DNA of 64,000 nucleotides from an uncultured Thermoanaerobaculia bacterium (GTDB lineage: Bacteria; Acidobacteriota; UBA4820; DSQY01): positions 45,862 through 109,861 of the forward strand of contig CAZPSH010000001.1 of the NCBI GenBank assembly GCA_964589625.1, in the 5' to 3' direction. Both the position numbers and the translations under genes were made by a program. Shown one piece after another: positions 1 through 12,270 of this stretch; position 1 is the stretch's first letter, and the number at the start of each line of letters is the position of its first letter. The notes under the pieces are model-generated. The model saw nothing but the letters and a program-made list of their open reading frames with translations. It did no database searches and was not told the DNA's origin.

Positions 1-81
1 GGAGCGGGAGCCGGGGAATGGCGCGGAAGTTGGTCGGCATGCGCGCGTTCTGCGAAGCGGTACCCGTGAAGCGATTGGCGG

Positions 82-3481
<3,400 letters not shown>

Positions 3482-3545
3482 GGCCCCTCGCTTGACGCGG
3501 GTAAGGGGGGGCGTGGTACTAATGATGGCGCCGGAAGGGGTGGAC

Positions 3546-4100
3546 ATGGCCAAAGCCGAGAACGAGAAGGGGAACACCGTGAAGATTCAGGACATCCAAA
3601 AACTCGTGGATATGCTCGACAAGAGCAATCTGAACGAGATCGAAATCGAGGGCGACGGCATGCGGCTGCGCCTTTCGAAGGGACTTCGGCCGTCGGAGGC
3701 GACTCCGGCGGCAGGGCCCTCCTACTTCATGGTCCCCCCCAGCGGGCAGACCCTTCCGGCTGCCGCCGCCACCCCTCCAGCGCCGCCCGTTTCGGGCGCC
3801 GCCTCGGCGGCTGTCCAAAGCCCGTCGGTCGCCGAGGCCACCGCGGCCGCGGCCGCGAGGGGCACGGAGGTCAAGAGCCCCATGGTAGGGACCTTCTACC
3901 GGTCCCCGGCCCCGGGTGCGGAGCCCTTCGTCAAGATCGGGGATACGGTCCGCAAGGGCCAAACGCTCTGCATCATCGAGGCCATGAAGCTGATGAACGA
4001 GATCGAGAGCGAGCTGGACGGCGTGGTGCTGGACGTTTTCCCCGAGAACGCCCAGCCCGTGGAATACGGCGAACGGCTGTTCCTCGTCCAGCCGATTTGA
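3546..4100 (+). CDS. accB: Acetyl-CoA carboxylase biotin carboxyl carrier protein (start 3546 or GTG 3579)
   Basis: [10 protein letters not shown] biotinylation motif, SPMVGTFY, Ala/Pro linker. Confidence 0.96.
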   Translation: MAKAENEKGNTVKIQDIQKLVDMLDKSNLNEIEIEGDGMRLRLSKGLRPSEATPAAGPSYFMVPPSGQTLPAAAATPPAPPVSGAASAAVQSPSVAEATAAAAARGTEVKSPMVGTFYRSPAPGAEPFVKIGDTVRKGQTLCIIEAMKLMNEIESELDGVVLDVFPENAQPVEYGERLFLVQPI

Positions 4101-5443
4101 GCGAAGCCATGTACAGAAAGGTGCTCATCGCGAACCGGGGGGAGATCGCGCTCCGGATCATCTGGGCCTGCAAGGAACTGGGCATCAAGACGGTGGCCGT
4201 TCATTCGGATGTGGACATCGATTCTCTCCACGTTCGCTTCGCGGACGAGAACGTTTGCATCGGGCCCGCGCCGAGCCGGGATTCGTACCTCAACATCACG
4301 AATCTCATCGCGGCCGCCGAGGTGAGCAACGTGGACGCCATCCACCCGGGGTACGGCTTCCTCTCCGAATCGGCCGAGTTTGCCCAGGTCTGCCAGGCCT
4401 GCAACATCGCCTTCATCGGCCCGACCCCGAAGACCATTTCCCTCATGGGGAACAAGGCCGAGGCCAAGCGGACCATGAAGGGGGCGGGCGTGCCCATCCT
4501 GCCCGGGTCCGACGGGCCCGTGGCCGACGTGGACGCGGCCAAGGGGATCGCCGCGGAGATCGGCTATCCCATTATCCTCAAGGCTTCGGCGGGCGGGGGC
4601 GGCAAGGGGATGCGCGTAGTCCCCGAAGAGAAGGACATGGAACTCGCCTTCCAAATGGCGGGTGCGGAGGCCACGGCCGCGTTTGGAAACGGGGATCTGT
4701 ACCTGGAAAAATACCTGGAAGCCCCACGGCACATCGAGATCCAGATCCTGGGCGACCAGTTCGGGAACGTGATCCACCTCTTCGAGCGAGAGTGCTCCAT
4801 CCAGAGGCGCCACCAGAAGCTCATCGAGGAGGCTCCGTCGCCGGCCCTCAGCGAGTTCCTCCGCAAGGAGATGGGCGAGGCGGCCGTGAAGGGAGCCCTG
4901 GCGGTTGGCTACCACACCGTCGGCACCATGGAGTTCCTCTACTACGACCGGAAGTACTACTTCATGGAGATGAACACGCGCATCCAGGTGGAGCACCCGG
5001 TCACGGAAAACATCACGGGGATCGACCTGATCAAGGCCCAGATCATGGCCGCCGCCGGCGAGAAGATGACCTGGCGCCAGAAGGACGTAAAGATCAGCGG
5101 CCATTCCATGGAATGCCGGATCAACGCCGAGGACCCGGTCCGGTTCACACCAAGCCCCGGACGCATCACGACCTTCCACGCTCCCGGAGGGCCCGGCGTC
5201 CGCGTCGACACGGCGGCCTACGCCGGGTACTTCGTTTCCCCCCACTACGACTCCCTCATTGCCAAGCTCATCGTCCGCGGGAACACCCGGCAGGACGTGA
5301 TCATGCGCATGAAGCGGGCCCTCGACTCCTTCGTCGTGGAAGGGATCAAGACCAACATCCCCATGCACCTGAAGATCATGGACGAGGAGGATTTCATCGA
5401 AGGCCGCCTCTCCACGAAGTTCATGGAACGGTTTCTGCCCTGA
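4097..5443 (+). CDS. accC: Biotin carboxylase
   Basis: [36 protein letters not shown]. Confidence 0.97.
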   Translation: MSEAMYRKVLIANRGEIALRIIWACKELGIKTVAVHSDVDIDSLHVRFADENVCIGPAPSRDSYLNITNLIAAAEVSNVDAIHPGYGFLSESAEFAQVCQACNIAFIGPTPKTISLMGNKAEAKRTMKGAGVPILPGSDGPVADVDAAKGIAAEIGYPIILKASAGGGGKGMRVVPEEKDMELAFQMAGAEATAAFGNGDLYLEKYLEAPRHIEIQILGDQFGNVIHLFERECSIQRRHQKLIEEAPSPALSEFLRKEMGEAAVKGALAVGYHTVGTMEFLYYDRKYYFMEMNTRIQVEHPVTENITGIDLIKAQIMAAAGEKMTWRQKDVKISGHSMECRINAEDPVRFTPSPGRITTFHAPGGPGVRVDTAAYAGYFVSPHYDSLIAKLIVRGNTRQDVIMRMKRALDSFVVEGIKTNIPMHLKIMDEEDFIEGRLSTKFMERFLP

Positions 5444-5477
5444 GAGGCGCCGCGGCCGGGTCCCGGCCGCCGGTGCG

Positions 5478-6131
5478 ATGAATCGCGCGATGAGAACGTC
5501 CCCCCTGGAGTTCCCGCCGATCTATCCCATCACTCCGGACGCCCTGAGAGGGGGCGCGCTCCTCGAATGGGCCACATCTCTGATCGGCACCGGCTGCACG
5601 ATGATCCAGTTTCGCCGGAAGACCGGGCCCGATGAAGAGCGCCTGGCGGACCTGAGGGATCTCGTTGGACTGGCGAGGCCCGCCTCGTGCCGGGTCATCG
5701 TGGATGACCGGGTGGACCTCTGCCTTCTAGCGCACGCCGACGGCGTTCATCTGGGCCAGAGCGACCTTCCCGTACCCGAGGCCAGGGTGCTGTTGGGAAG
5801 AGACAGGATCATCGGCCATTCCACCCATAGCCTGGAGCAGTTCGAGCAGGCCCTGGACCTGCCCCTTAACTACCTGGCTCTTGGACCGGTGTATCCGACG
5901 ACCACCAAGGAGGAGCCGGACCCGGTTGTCCCTCCCCTCATTCAAAGGGAAGTGCTCTCCCGGTCGCCATGGCCCGTGGTGGCCATCGGTGGAATAACGG
6001 CCGCGAAGGCCGAAACGCTTTGGAGAAGGGGATTTGCGAGCGTGGCCGTGATTTCGGCCCTCCGCGAAGGGCCCGCGGAGTCCTTCCGGGACTTCTTCAG
6101 CCGGTACCGGGCGCCTTCGACGCGGGGCTGA
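5478..6131 (+). CDS. thiE: Thiamine-phosphate synthase
   Basis: IQFRRK, IVDDRVD, GVHLGQSD, IGHSTH, GPVYPTTTK, AIGGIT. Confidence 0.92.
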   Translation: MNRAMRTSPLEFPPIYPITPDALRGGALLEWATSLIGTGCTMIQFRRKTGPDEERLADLRDLVGLARPASCRVIVDDRVDLCLLAHADGVHLGQSDLPVPEARVLLGRDRIIGHSTHSLEQFEQALDLPLNYLALGPVYPTTTKEEPDPVVPPLIQREVLSRSPWPVVAIGGITAAKAETLWRRGFASVAVISALREGPAESFRDFFSRYRAPSTRG

Positions 6132-6156
6132 CATCCTCCGTCCCATCCGATATGCT
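6128..6156 (+). promoter_or_regulatory. Putative sigma70 promoter of the que operon
   Basis: CTGACA(6128-6133)-17 nt-TATGCT(6151-6156); the -35 overlaps the thiE stop. Confidence 0.55.
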
Positions 6157-6162
6157 GTCCAT

Positions 6163-6217
6163 CCCGCGTAGGGCGCCGGCCCTGGCCTCCGTAGGGCCGG
6201 GCCACCCGGAGGTACAC
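6163..6217 (+). promoter_or_regulatory. Structured queD 5' leader; candidate SD-sequestering pseudoknot / riboswitch
   Basis: 8-bp stem CCGGCCCT(6176-6183)/AGGGCCGG(6193-6200); loop CCTCCG(6186-6191) is complementary to SD CGGAGG(6207-6212). Confidence 0.45.
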
Positions 6218-6571
6218 ATGTTCGAGGTCAAAGTCATCCGGCACTTTTCCGCGGCCCACCGCGTGGAGGACTATCCAGGAAACTGCGAGCGCCTCCACGG
6301 GCACAACTGGAAGGTGGAAGTCGTCGCGGGCGCGATGGAACTGGACCCCCTCGGGATGGTCATGGACTTCCGACGCCTGAAGGAAAAGGTCGACCGGGTA
6401 CTGGAAGCCCTGGACCACCAGGTCCTGAACGAGGTGCCCCCCTTCACGGAGGTGAACCCCACGGCGGAGAACATCGCTCGCCACGTCTTCGAATCCTTGG
6501 CGGGCGAGGTGCCCGTTTCCCGGGTGAACGTTTTCGAAACCGACACCTCCGTCGCCTCCTACTACCGGTGA
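6218..6571 (+). CDS. queD: 6-carboxytetrahydropterin synthase
   Basis: FSAAH, CERLHGHNW, PTAENIA, FET motifs; GGAGG RBS before ATG 6218. Confidence 0.95.
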   Translation: MFEVKVIRHFSAAHRVEDYPGNCERLHGHNWKVEVVAGAMELDPLGMVMDFRRLKEKVDRVLEALDHQVLNEVPPFTEVNPTAENIARHVFESLAGEVPVSRVNVFETDTSVASYYR

Positions 6572-6578
6572 AGACGCC

Positions 6579-7277
6579 ATGACCGATTCCGAAGGCGGGT
6601 CCGGCGCATCCCGGTACCTCGGGGCGAAACCCGCAGCCGCGAGCCTTCTGATCAACGAGATCTACCCCTGTCTGCAAGGGGAGGGGCCGGAGACGGGCTA
6701 TCCCACCGTCCTCGTGCGCCTCACGGGTTGCAACCTTCGTTGCCATTACTGCGACAGCGCCTTCGCGTATTACGAGGGCGAGAGGATGTCCCTGGAGACC
6801 GTTTGTTCCAAGGTGGAGGGGTACGGGATTTCCAGGGTGCTCGTCACGGGAGGGGAACCGATGGCCCAGGCGGCCACGCCCAGCCTTTGCCGGGCCCTCC
6901 TCCTTGGGGGGCACCGGGTATCGGTCGAAACGAGCGGCGCCTTCATCCTGAAGGCGCTTCCCCGGGATGTGACCAAGGTCGTGGACGTGAAGGCGCCCGG
7001 AAGCGGCGAGGCGGATTCGTTCCAGACGGAGATCCTCGGGGACATGGACGCGAAGGACGCCCTCAAGTTCGTTCTCAGGAGCCGCAAGGACTACCTTTTT
7101 GCCCGCGACTTTCTGGAGCGCAACCCGGGTGCCCGCATCCCACAGGTCTTCTTTTCTGCGGTCTGGGGTGAACTGGATCCCAGAGATCTGGCGGGCTGGA
7201 TGCTCGAGGACCGGCCTGAGGCTCGCCTCATGGTTCAGCTCCACAAGGTCCTTTGGGGCGACCAGCGCCGCCGCTGA
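6579..7277 (+). CDS. queE: 7-carboxy-7-deazaguanine synthase (radical SAM)
   Basis: QGEG, RLTGCNLRCHYCD, VTGGEP, VET, QLHK; lies between queD and queC. Confidence 0.94.
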   Translation: MTDSEGGSGASRYLGAKPAAASLLINEIYPCLQGEGPETGYPTVLVRLTGCNLRCHYCDSAFAYYEGERMSLETVCSKVEGYGISRVLVTGGEPMAQAATPSLCRALLLGGHRVSVETSGAFILKALPRDVTKVVDVKAPGSGEADSFQTEILGDMDAKDALKFVLRSRKDYLFARDFLERNPGARIPQVFFSAVWGELDPRDLAGWMLEDRPEARLMVQLHKVLWGDQRRR

Positions 7278-7333
7278 CTCGATGGCTGGCAGTGGCCGGG
7301 TTAGTCAGGGGGCGAACGGTGCGTGGAGGGACG

Positions 7334-8107
7334 ATGGGGACGGTGGACGGGAAGCCCCTGGCCGTGGTCCTGCTTAGCGGGGGAATGGACTCGCTGACGG
7401 CCGCGGGCATGGCCAGGAAGGACGGGTTCGATCTGGCGCTGATCCACTTCAACTACGGCCAGCGGACCGAAGAGGCCGAGCTGAGGTCCTTCGCGAGGAT
7501 CGCCGAGTTCCTCGGTGTGCCGGGTCCGAGGCGCCTGGTGGTCCACACAAACTTCTTCACACTCGTGGGGGGATCGGCGCTCACGGACCGGCGCCTGGGC
7601 GTTCCTGGAGCCGACCTCGGTTCCGATAGGATCCCGGTGACGTACGTTCCCTTTCGCAACGCCGTCCTCCTGTCCATGGCCGTGGGCTGGGCAGAGGCCC
7701 TCGGAGCCCGGGCCGTCTACTACGGCGCCGTGTCCCAAGATTCCTCGGGCTACCCGGACTGTCGAGCGGAGTTTGTGGCGGCGATGCAGGTCCTGGTGGA
7801 TGCGGGGACCCGGCCCGACACGAACATCCGCCTGCATGCACCCCTCGTAAACCTCAGCAAGGCCGACATCGTGAAGGCTGCGTCGGAGATGGATCTTCCC
7901 CTCGCGCTAACCTGGTCGTGCTACCAGCGCAACGACCGTGCGTGCGGGACATGCGACTCCTGCGCGCTGAGGCTCAGGGGATTCGAGCAGGCGGGCCTGG
8001 CCGACCCCATCGAGTACGCCCGCCTCGGCTCGCCGGACCACGAGGCCATGCGGGACCGCATCCGCAAACTGGGGCGCTTATTGAACGCCTTGAAGCGGAA
8101 GCCATGA
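7334..8107 (+). CDS. queC: 7-cyano-7-deazaguanine synthase
   Basis: SGGMDS, YGQR, YVPFRN, GYPDCR, SCY, CGTCDSC. Confidence 0.96.
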   Translation: MGTVDGKPLAVVLLSGGMDSLTAAGMARKDGFDLALIHFNYGQRTEEAELRSFARIAEFLGVPGPRRLVVHTNFFTLVGGSALTDRRLGVPGADLGSDRIPVTYVPFRNAVLLSMAVGWAEALGARAVYYGAVSQDSSGYPDCRAEFVAAMQVLVDAGTRPDTNIRLHAPLVNLSKADIVKAASEMDLPLALTWSCYQRNDRACGTCDSCALRLRGFEQAGLADPIEYARLGSPDHEAMRDRIRKLGRLLNALKRKP

Positions 8108-9063
8108 CCGGGGCCGGACGCGGGCGGGCGGTGGCTGCCGTTGTCGTCATGTCGGTCCTTTTCGGGGCCTCCTTCCCGGCGACCAAGATCGCCCTCGAGG
8201 GGTTCACGGCATCCCAGCTCATCTTCCTCCGCTTTGTGCTGGCCTCCCTGGTGTTTGTCGGTCTTTCCCCCTGGACCGGACTGAAGGGGCTGGGCCGGCG
8301 CGGGGCGGCCCAGGTCTTGGTGCTCGCACTTTTCGAACCCGGGGCCTACTTCTTCCTCGAGGCATGGGGCATCCAGAGAACTCTTGCTTCCACGGCCGCC
8401 GTGCTTATCGCGACCATCCCGGTCTTCGTGCTGGTCCTGGAAGCGGTCTGGTTGAGGGTTCCCGTCCAGGCCCGCGAGGTGGCGCTGATCTTGCTGTCCC
8501 TCGGGGGGATCGTCCTGCTAGTGGGCGCCTCGGGATTCGGTGCGGCCTTCGGGGGGAGTCTCTCGGGCAACCTTCTCATTCTGGGGGCCGCCTTTGCGGC
8601 GTCGGTTTACACGGCGATGGCCCGCCGCTTGGTTCTGGCCTACTCGCCCCTCGCCGTCACCCGACTTCAGGCCTTTTACGCCGTGGCGATGTATCTGCCG
8701 TTCGCCGCCTGGGACTGGCTCCGGCACGGAGCGCCTGAGCCGGAAACGAAGTCGGTCCTGGCCCTTGCCTACCTCGGGATCTGCTGTTCGTTCCTGGCCT
8801 ACGTCCTGCTTAACTACTCCCTGAGCCGGCTCAAGGCCTCCACGGTGGCGGCCTTCACCAACGTGATCCCGGTCGTGGCGACGGCGCTCGCGGTGCTCCT
8901 TCTCGGCGAGAAACTGCTGGCTGGCCAGCTTCTCGGGGGGATCGTCGTGGTCGCGTCGGTCACGCTCCTCACCCTGCAAAGCCGCAGGACGCACGGGAGG
9001 GAGGAGGGGTCTTCGGGGACAGGGCGAGGGAACTCGGTCCCTCTTATTCCGCCAGGCGCTTGA
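8104..9063 (+). CDS. EamA/DMT-family transporter
   Basis: About 10 hydrophobic segments in two EamA-like repeats; ATGA overlap with the queC stop. Confidence 0.88.
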   Translation: MTGAGRGRAVAAVVVMSVLFGASFPATKIALEGFTASQLIFLRFVLASLVFVGLSPWTGLKGLGRRGAAQVLVLALFEPGAYFFLEAWGIQRTLASTAAVLIATIPVFVLVLEAVWLRVPVQAREVALILLSLGGIVLLVGASGFGAAFGGSLSGNLLILGAAFAASVYTAMARRLVLAYSPLAVTRLQAFYAVAMYLPFAAWDWLRHGAPEPETKSVLALAYLGICCSFLAYVLLNYSLSRLKASTVAAFTNVIPVVATALAVLLLGEKLLAGQLLGGIVVVASVTLLTLQSRRTHGREEGSSGTGRGNSVPLIPPGA

Positions 9064-10063
9064 GTCGGTACCGCCCCGGGGCCAGGTGGAGATACTGGGC
9101 CGCCGCCGCCACGGTATCGAGCACGCCCTCCACCAGGCGTCCCTTCTCGTCGGCCACGGAACGGATCCCCCCGTCCTCGACGATCACGTACCAGTGCATC
9201 CCGGGAGGAGGCGCCGCGTCTTCAGGGAGTTGCAGGGAGGCGTAGCGCGTGCGGTCCAGGGTCTGCAGGGAGCACAGGACCAGCGGGGCCGGCGCAGGAA
9301 CGGCGGAGGCTTCGGGATTCCGCTCCTCGGAGTTCCTGGCCTTGCCCTCCACGGAGGAAAAGAGGGAGGGTGAGGGGGAAGGGGGCGGGGCCGTGGCTCC
9401 TGCGCGGGAGCGCTGGGCGGCGCCGTTCTCGTCGGACAGATCGGAGGTTCGGCCAGGGGCCTGGATCTCGGATGCGTCGCTGGAAAAGGCGGGGCCATCG
9501 GCTTCGGTCTTGGCCTCCCCTTTGCGATGCACCTCCGTCAGGTCGGGTGAGATGTCGTACCCCTCGGCGGGGACGGAGCGAGGCGCAGGCGGAGGAAGGG
9601 CCTTCGAATCTTGAAGACTCTCTTGGCGCGGAGAGGTAAGCTCCTTCTCGGGAGCGAGGCTCTCCGGTCCCATGGGCGCGCCGGTCTGGCTCCTCTCGAC
9701 GGCGGGCTGGGGCGCATTGACCGTGGGCCGGCGGAGGGCTTCGTCCGTCGAGAGCGGGGAGCGGAACGAGCGGACGAGGGTAACTCCCCCCAGGAGCGCG
9801 AGCAGGAGGACGGCGGCGATGGGCGCCGCCCAGGCCGTACGCCGCCAGAGACGTCCGGCGAAGGGGCGCGCCGAGGCCGCGAGTATCGTGCGGTGGAGGT
9901 CTTCGGGGGGTGAAACGTCCCGGAGGGCGGCCAGGCCCCTGCGGGCGGCCTCCTCCCGATCCGCCGCCCGGGCGCAGGAGGGGCAGGCGGATCGGTGGGC
10001 CTCGGCCTCCTCGGTGAGGGGGAGGTCCCCGTCCAAGAGGTCGAGGAACTCTTCGCACGTCAT
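9044..10063 (-). CDS. Zinc-binding anti-sigma factor (zf-HC2, TM, low-complexity linker, small C-terminal domain)
   Basis: C...HRSACPSC motif, single TM; ATGA overlap with the ECF sigma stop. Confidence 0.8.
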   Translation of the reverse strand: MTCEEFLDLLDGDLPLTEEAEAHRSACPSCARAADREEAARRGLAALRDVSPPEDLHRTILAASARPFAGRLWRRTAWAAPIAAVLLLALLGGVTLVRSFRSPLSTDEALRRPTVNAPQPAVERSQTGAPMGPESLAPEKELTSPRQESLQDSKALPPPAPRSVPAEGYDISPDLTEVHRKGEAKTEADGPAFSSDASEIQAPGRTSDLSDENGAAQRSRAGATAPPPSPSPSLFSSVEGKARNSEERNPEASAVPAPAPLVLCSLQTLDRTRYASLQLPEDAAPPPGMHWYVIVEDGGIRSVADEKGRLVEGVLDTVAAAAQYLHLAPGRYRLKRLAE

Positions 10064-10707
10064 GGCCAAATGCCCTCCATGGCCTCGCGCAGGGCGCGTC
10101 GCGCCCTCGCCAGACGGGACTTCACGGTTCCCTCCGGCACCCCCAGCAGGGAGGAGAGTTCGGCGTAATCGAGTTGTTCAACCTCCCTGAGGACGAGGAT
10201 CTCCCGGTGCTCGGCCGAGACCTTCGACAGGGCGACCCGCAGGGCCGCGTACAGCTCACCCCCCAGGACCTGCTCCGCGGGGTCGGGCGAGGGGTCCTTG
10301 ACGATCCTCAGGGGCCGTTCCTCGCGCTCTTCGTCCGTGCGGTCGAGGCTTTCCGCGGCGGAGTCCCTCCTGGCCGCCGCCGAACCGCGGGTCCTGCAGA
10401 CGTTGAGGGCGATCCCGTACAGCCACGTCCGAAAGGCGGCATCCCCCCGGAAAGAGCGTAATCCCCTGAAGGTCCGAAGGAAGATCTCCTGGGTCGCGTC
10501 CATGGCCTCCTCGGGATGGCGGAGCATGCGGAGCGAGAGGCGATAGACCGCGCGCTCGTGCCGCCGTACCAGGGATTCGAAGGCCGCTTCGTCGCCGGCC
10601 TGAAACCGGGTCACGTCACACTCGTCGTCGCTTGTCCCGCAGGCCACGCCCGCCAGGGAGGTATCCAATCCGTCCATGGGGAGAGGATAAACCCATTCGA
10701 TGGACAC
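10060..10707 (-). CDS. ECF RNA polymerase sigma factor
   Basis: Region 2 (DATQEIFLR, FRTWLYGIALN) and region 4.2 (GVPEGTVKSRLARAR); start at GTG 10707 or 10713. Confidence 0.94.
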   Translation of the reverse strand: MSIEWVYPLPMDGLDTSLAGVACGTSDDECDVTRFQAGDEAAFESLVRRHERAVYRLSLRMLRHPEEAMDATQEIFLRTFRGLRSFRGDAAFRTWLYGIALNVCRTRGSAAARRDSAAESLDRTDEEREERPLRIVKDPSPDPAEQVLGGELYAALRVALSKVSAEHREILVLREVEQLDYAELSSLLGVPEGTVKSRLARARRALREAMEGIWP

Positions 10708-10727
10708 GCGCACCCTCCAGGGGGATG

Positions 10728-10753
10728 AGACCTCGGAGGCAGCGATTGGTTCC
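10728..10753 (-). promoter_or_regulatory. ECF-type (autoregulatory) promoter
   Basis: Minus strand GGAACC(10753-10748)-16 nt-GTCT(10731-10728) just upstream of the sigma RBS. Confidence 0.55.
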
Positions 10754-10821
10754 CCGACAAGAGAAGGGTTTCCCCGTGCGGGGGGGAACAGGCGAGGCGC
10801 ACGGTCAATCTGCCCGCGGGC

Positions 10822-12234
10822 CTAGATCAGGGCCATGGAGACCCCGGGGCGCAGAGCGGTTACGGGGTGCACGCCGAGACCGTCCAAGTGTCGGGCCAGG
10901 GCGGTCTGGGCCGTAGGCTCTCCGTGGACCAGAAACACGCCTTTCAGGCGGCCGCGGTCCTGGGCCAGGATCCACTCTCCGATCTCGCGATAGTCGGCGT
11001 GGGCGGAGAAGGCGTTGAGGATCTTCACGCGGGCGCGAACGGAATGCCGCTCGCCGAAGATCCTGACCTCCGGCCTCTTGTCGGCGAGGGCCCGTCCCAG
11101 CGTGTTCTGCGCCATGAACCCGACGATGAGAACCGTATTTCTTGGCTCCGACAGCCCGTGAAGGAGGTGGTGAAGGATCCGCCCCGCCTCGCACATTCCC
11201 GAGGTCGCGATGATGACGCACGGGCCCTTGCGGGAGTTGAGGGCCTTGGAGGCCTCCGCGTCCGTGATGTAGCTCAGGGAGCCGAAGGAGAAGGGGCTCT
11301 CGTTCCGGGACAGGAACGCCTCCACGGTTTCCCTGTCGTAACACTCCGGATGGGCCCGAAAGATGGCCGTGGCCGAAACGGCCATGGGGCTGTCCACATA
11401 AACCGGCACCGGGGGGATGCGTCCCGCGTCGTGGAGCCTGTGGAGACAGTAGATGAGTTCCTGCGTGCGTTCAACGGCGAAGGCGGGGATCAGGACCCGC
11501 CCCCCTGCCTCCACCGTGTTTCGGACCACTTGGGCCAGCTCCTCCTCGGCGAATTCGATCTCGTCGTGAAGGCGGTCGCCGTAGGTACTCTCACATACGA
11601 GATAGTCGAGCGGGGGCAAGCCTTCCGGGTCCCGAAGGATGGGCAGGCCCTTTCGCCCCAGGTCGCCCGTGAATCCGACGGAGAGGACCTTCCCCTCCGA
11701 GTGGACCTCCATGTGCACCAGAGAGGAGCCCAGGATGTGGCCGGCGTTGTAGAGGGTGACGACGACCCCGGGAGCGAGGGAATAACTCCGGCGATAGGCC
11801 ACAGTCACGTATTGGTGAAGGGCCGCCTTCACGTTCTCTTCGTCGTAGAGGGGGGGGAAGACCTTTCGCCAGGGCTTGGGGTCGCGGCTCTGCTGTTTGT
11901 CAAGAAATCGGGCGTCGTAGGCCTGGATGCGGGCGGAGTCCATCATGACCAGGCTTGCGATGTCCCGGGTCGCCGGCGTCGAGAGAATGTCCCCCGAGAA
12001 TCCCTCCTTGACGAGCAGGGGATAGGTCCCGCAGTGGTCGAGGTGTCCGTGGGTGTTCACGGATGCGAACAGGGAGGAGGGATTGAAGGGAAACCTTCGG
12101 TTCTTCTCGTGCGCCTCCTCCCGCCGTCCCTGAAAGAGGCCGCAATCCACGAGCACCTTTACCTGATCGGTCTCCAAGACGTGGCGGCTCCCCGTGACCT
12201 CTTCTGCGGCTCCGAACGAAGTGAGCGTGACCAT
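10822..12234 (-). CDS. Beta-CASP metallo-beta-lactamase-fold ribonuclease
   Basis: VTGS, VDCG, THGHLDHCG, AGHILGS, CESTYG, SGMCEAG, FSAHAD, LVHGE. Confidence 0.93.
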   Translation of the reverse strand: MVTLTSFGAAEEVTGSRHVLETDQVKVLVDCGLFQGRREEAHEKNRRFPFNPSSLFASVNTHGHLDHCGTYPLLVKEGFSGDILSTPATRDIASLVMMDSARIQAYDARFLDKQQSRDPKPWRKVFPPLYDEENVKAALHQYVTVAYRRSYSLAPGVVVTLYNAGHILGSSLVHMEVHSEGKVLSVGFTGDLGRKGLPILRDPEGLPPLDYLVCESTYGDRLHDEIEFAEEELAQVVRNTVEAGGRVLIPAFAVERTQELIYCLHRLHDAGRIPPVPVYVDSPMAVSATAIFRAHPECYDRETVEAFLSRNESPFSFGSLSYITDAEASKALNSRKGPCVIIATSGMCEAGRILHHLLHGLSEPRNTVLIVGFMAQNTLGRALADKRPEVRIFGERHSVRARVKILNAFSAHADYREIGEWILAQDRGRLKGVFLVHGEPTAQTALARHLDGLGVHPVTALRPGVSMALI

Positions 12235-12270
12235 GGGACCTCCCTGGACAGGGTAGCCCATGGGGACGCC

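Noticed and set aside
5444-5478. TPP riboswitch before thiE
   Set aside because: The spacer is only 34 nt and lacks the CTGAGA/GAACCTG core
6163-6217. Canonical preQ1-I riboswitch
   Set aside because: Lacks the UUC/CAC loop and A-rich 3' tail; kept only as a novel candidate
6218-8107. 7-deazaguanine DNA modification (dpd) system
   Set aside because: No dpdA/tgt-like or DndB-like genes nearby; consistent with ordinary queuosine synthesis
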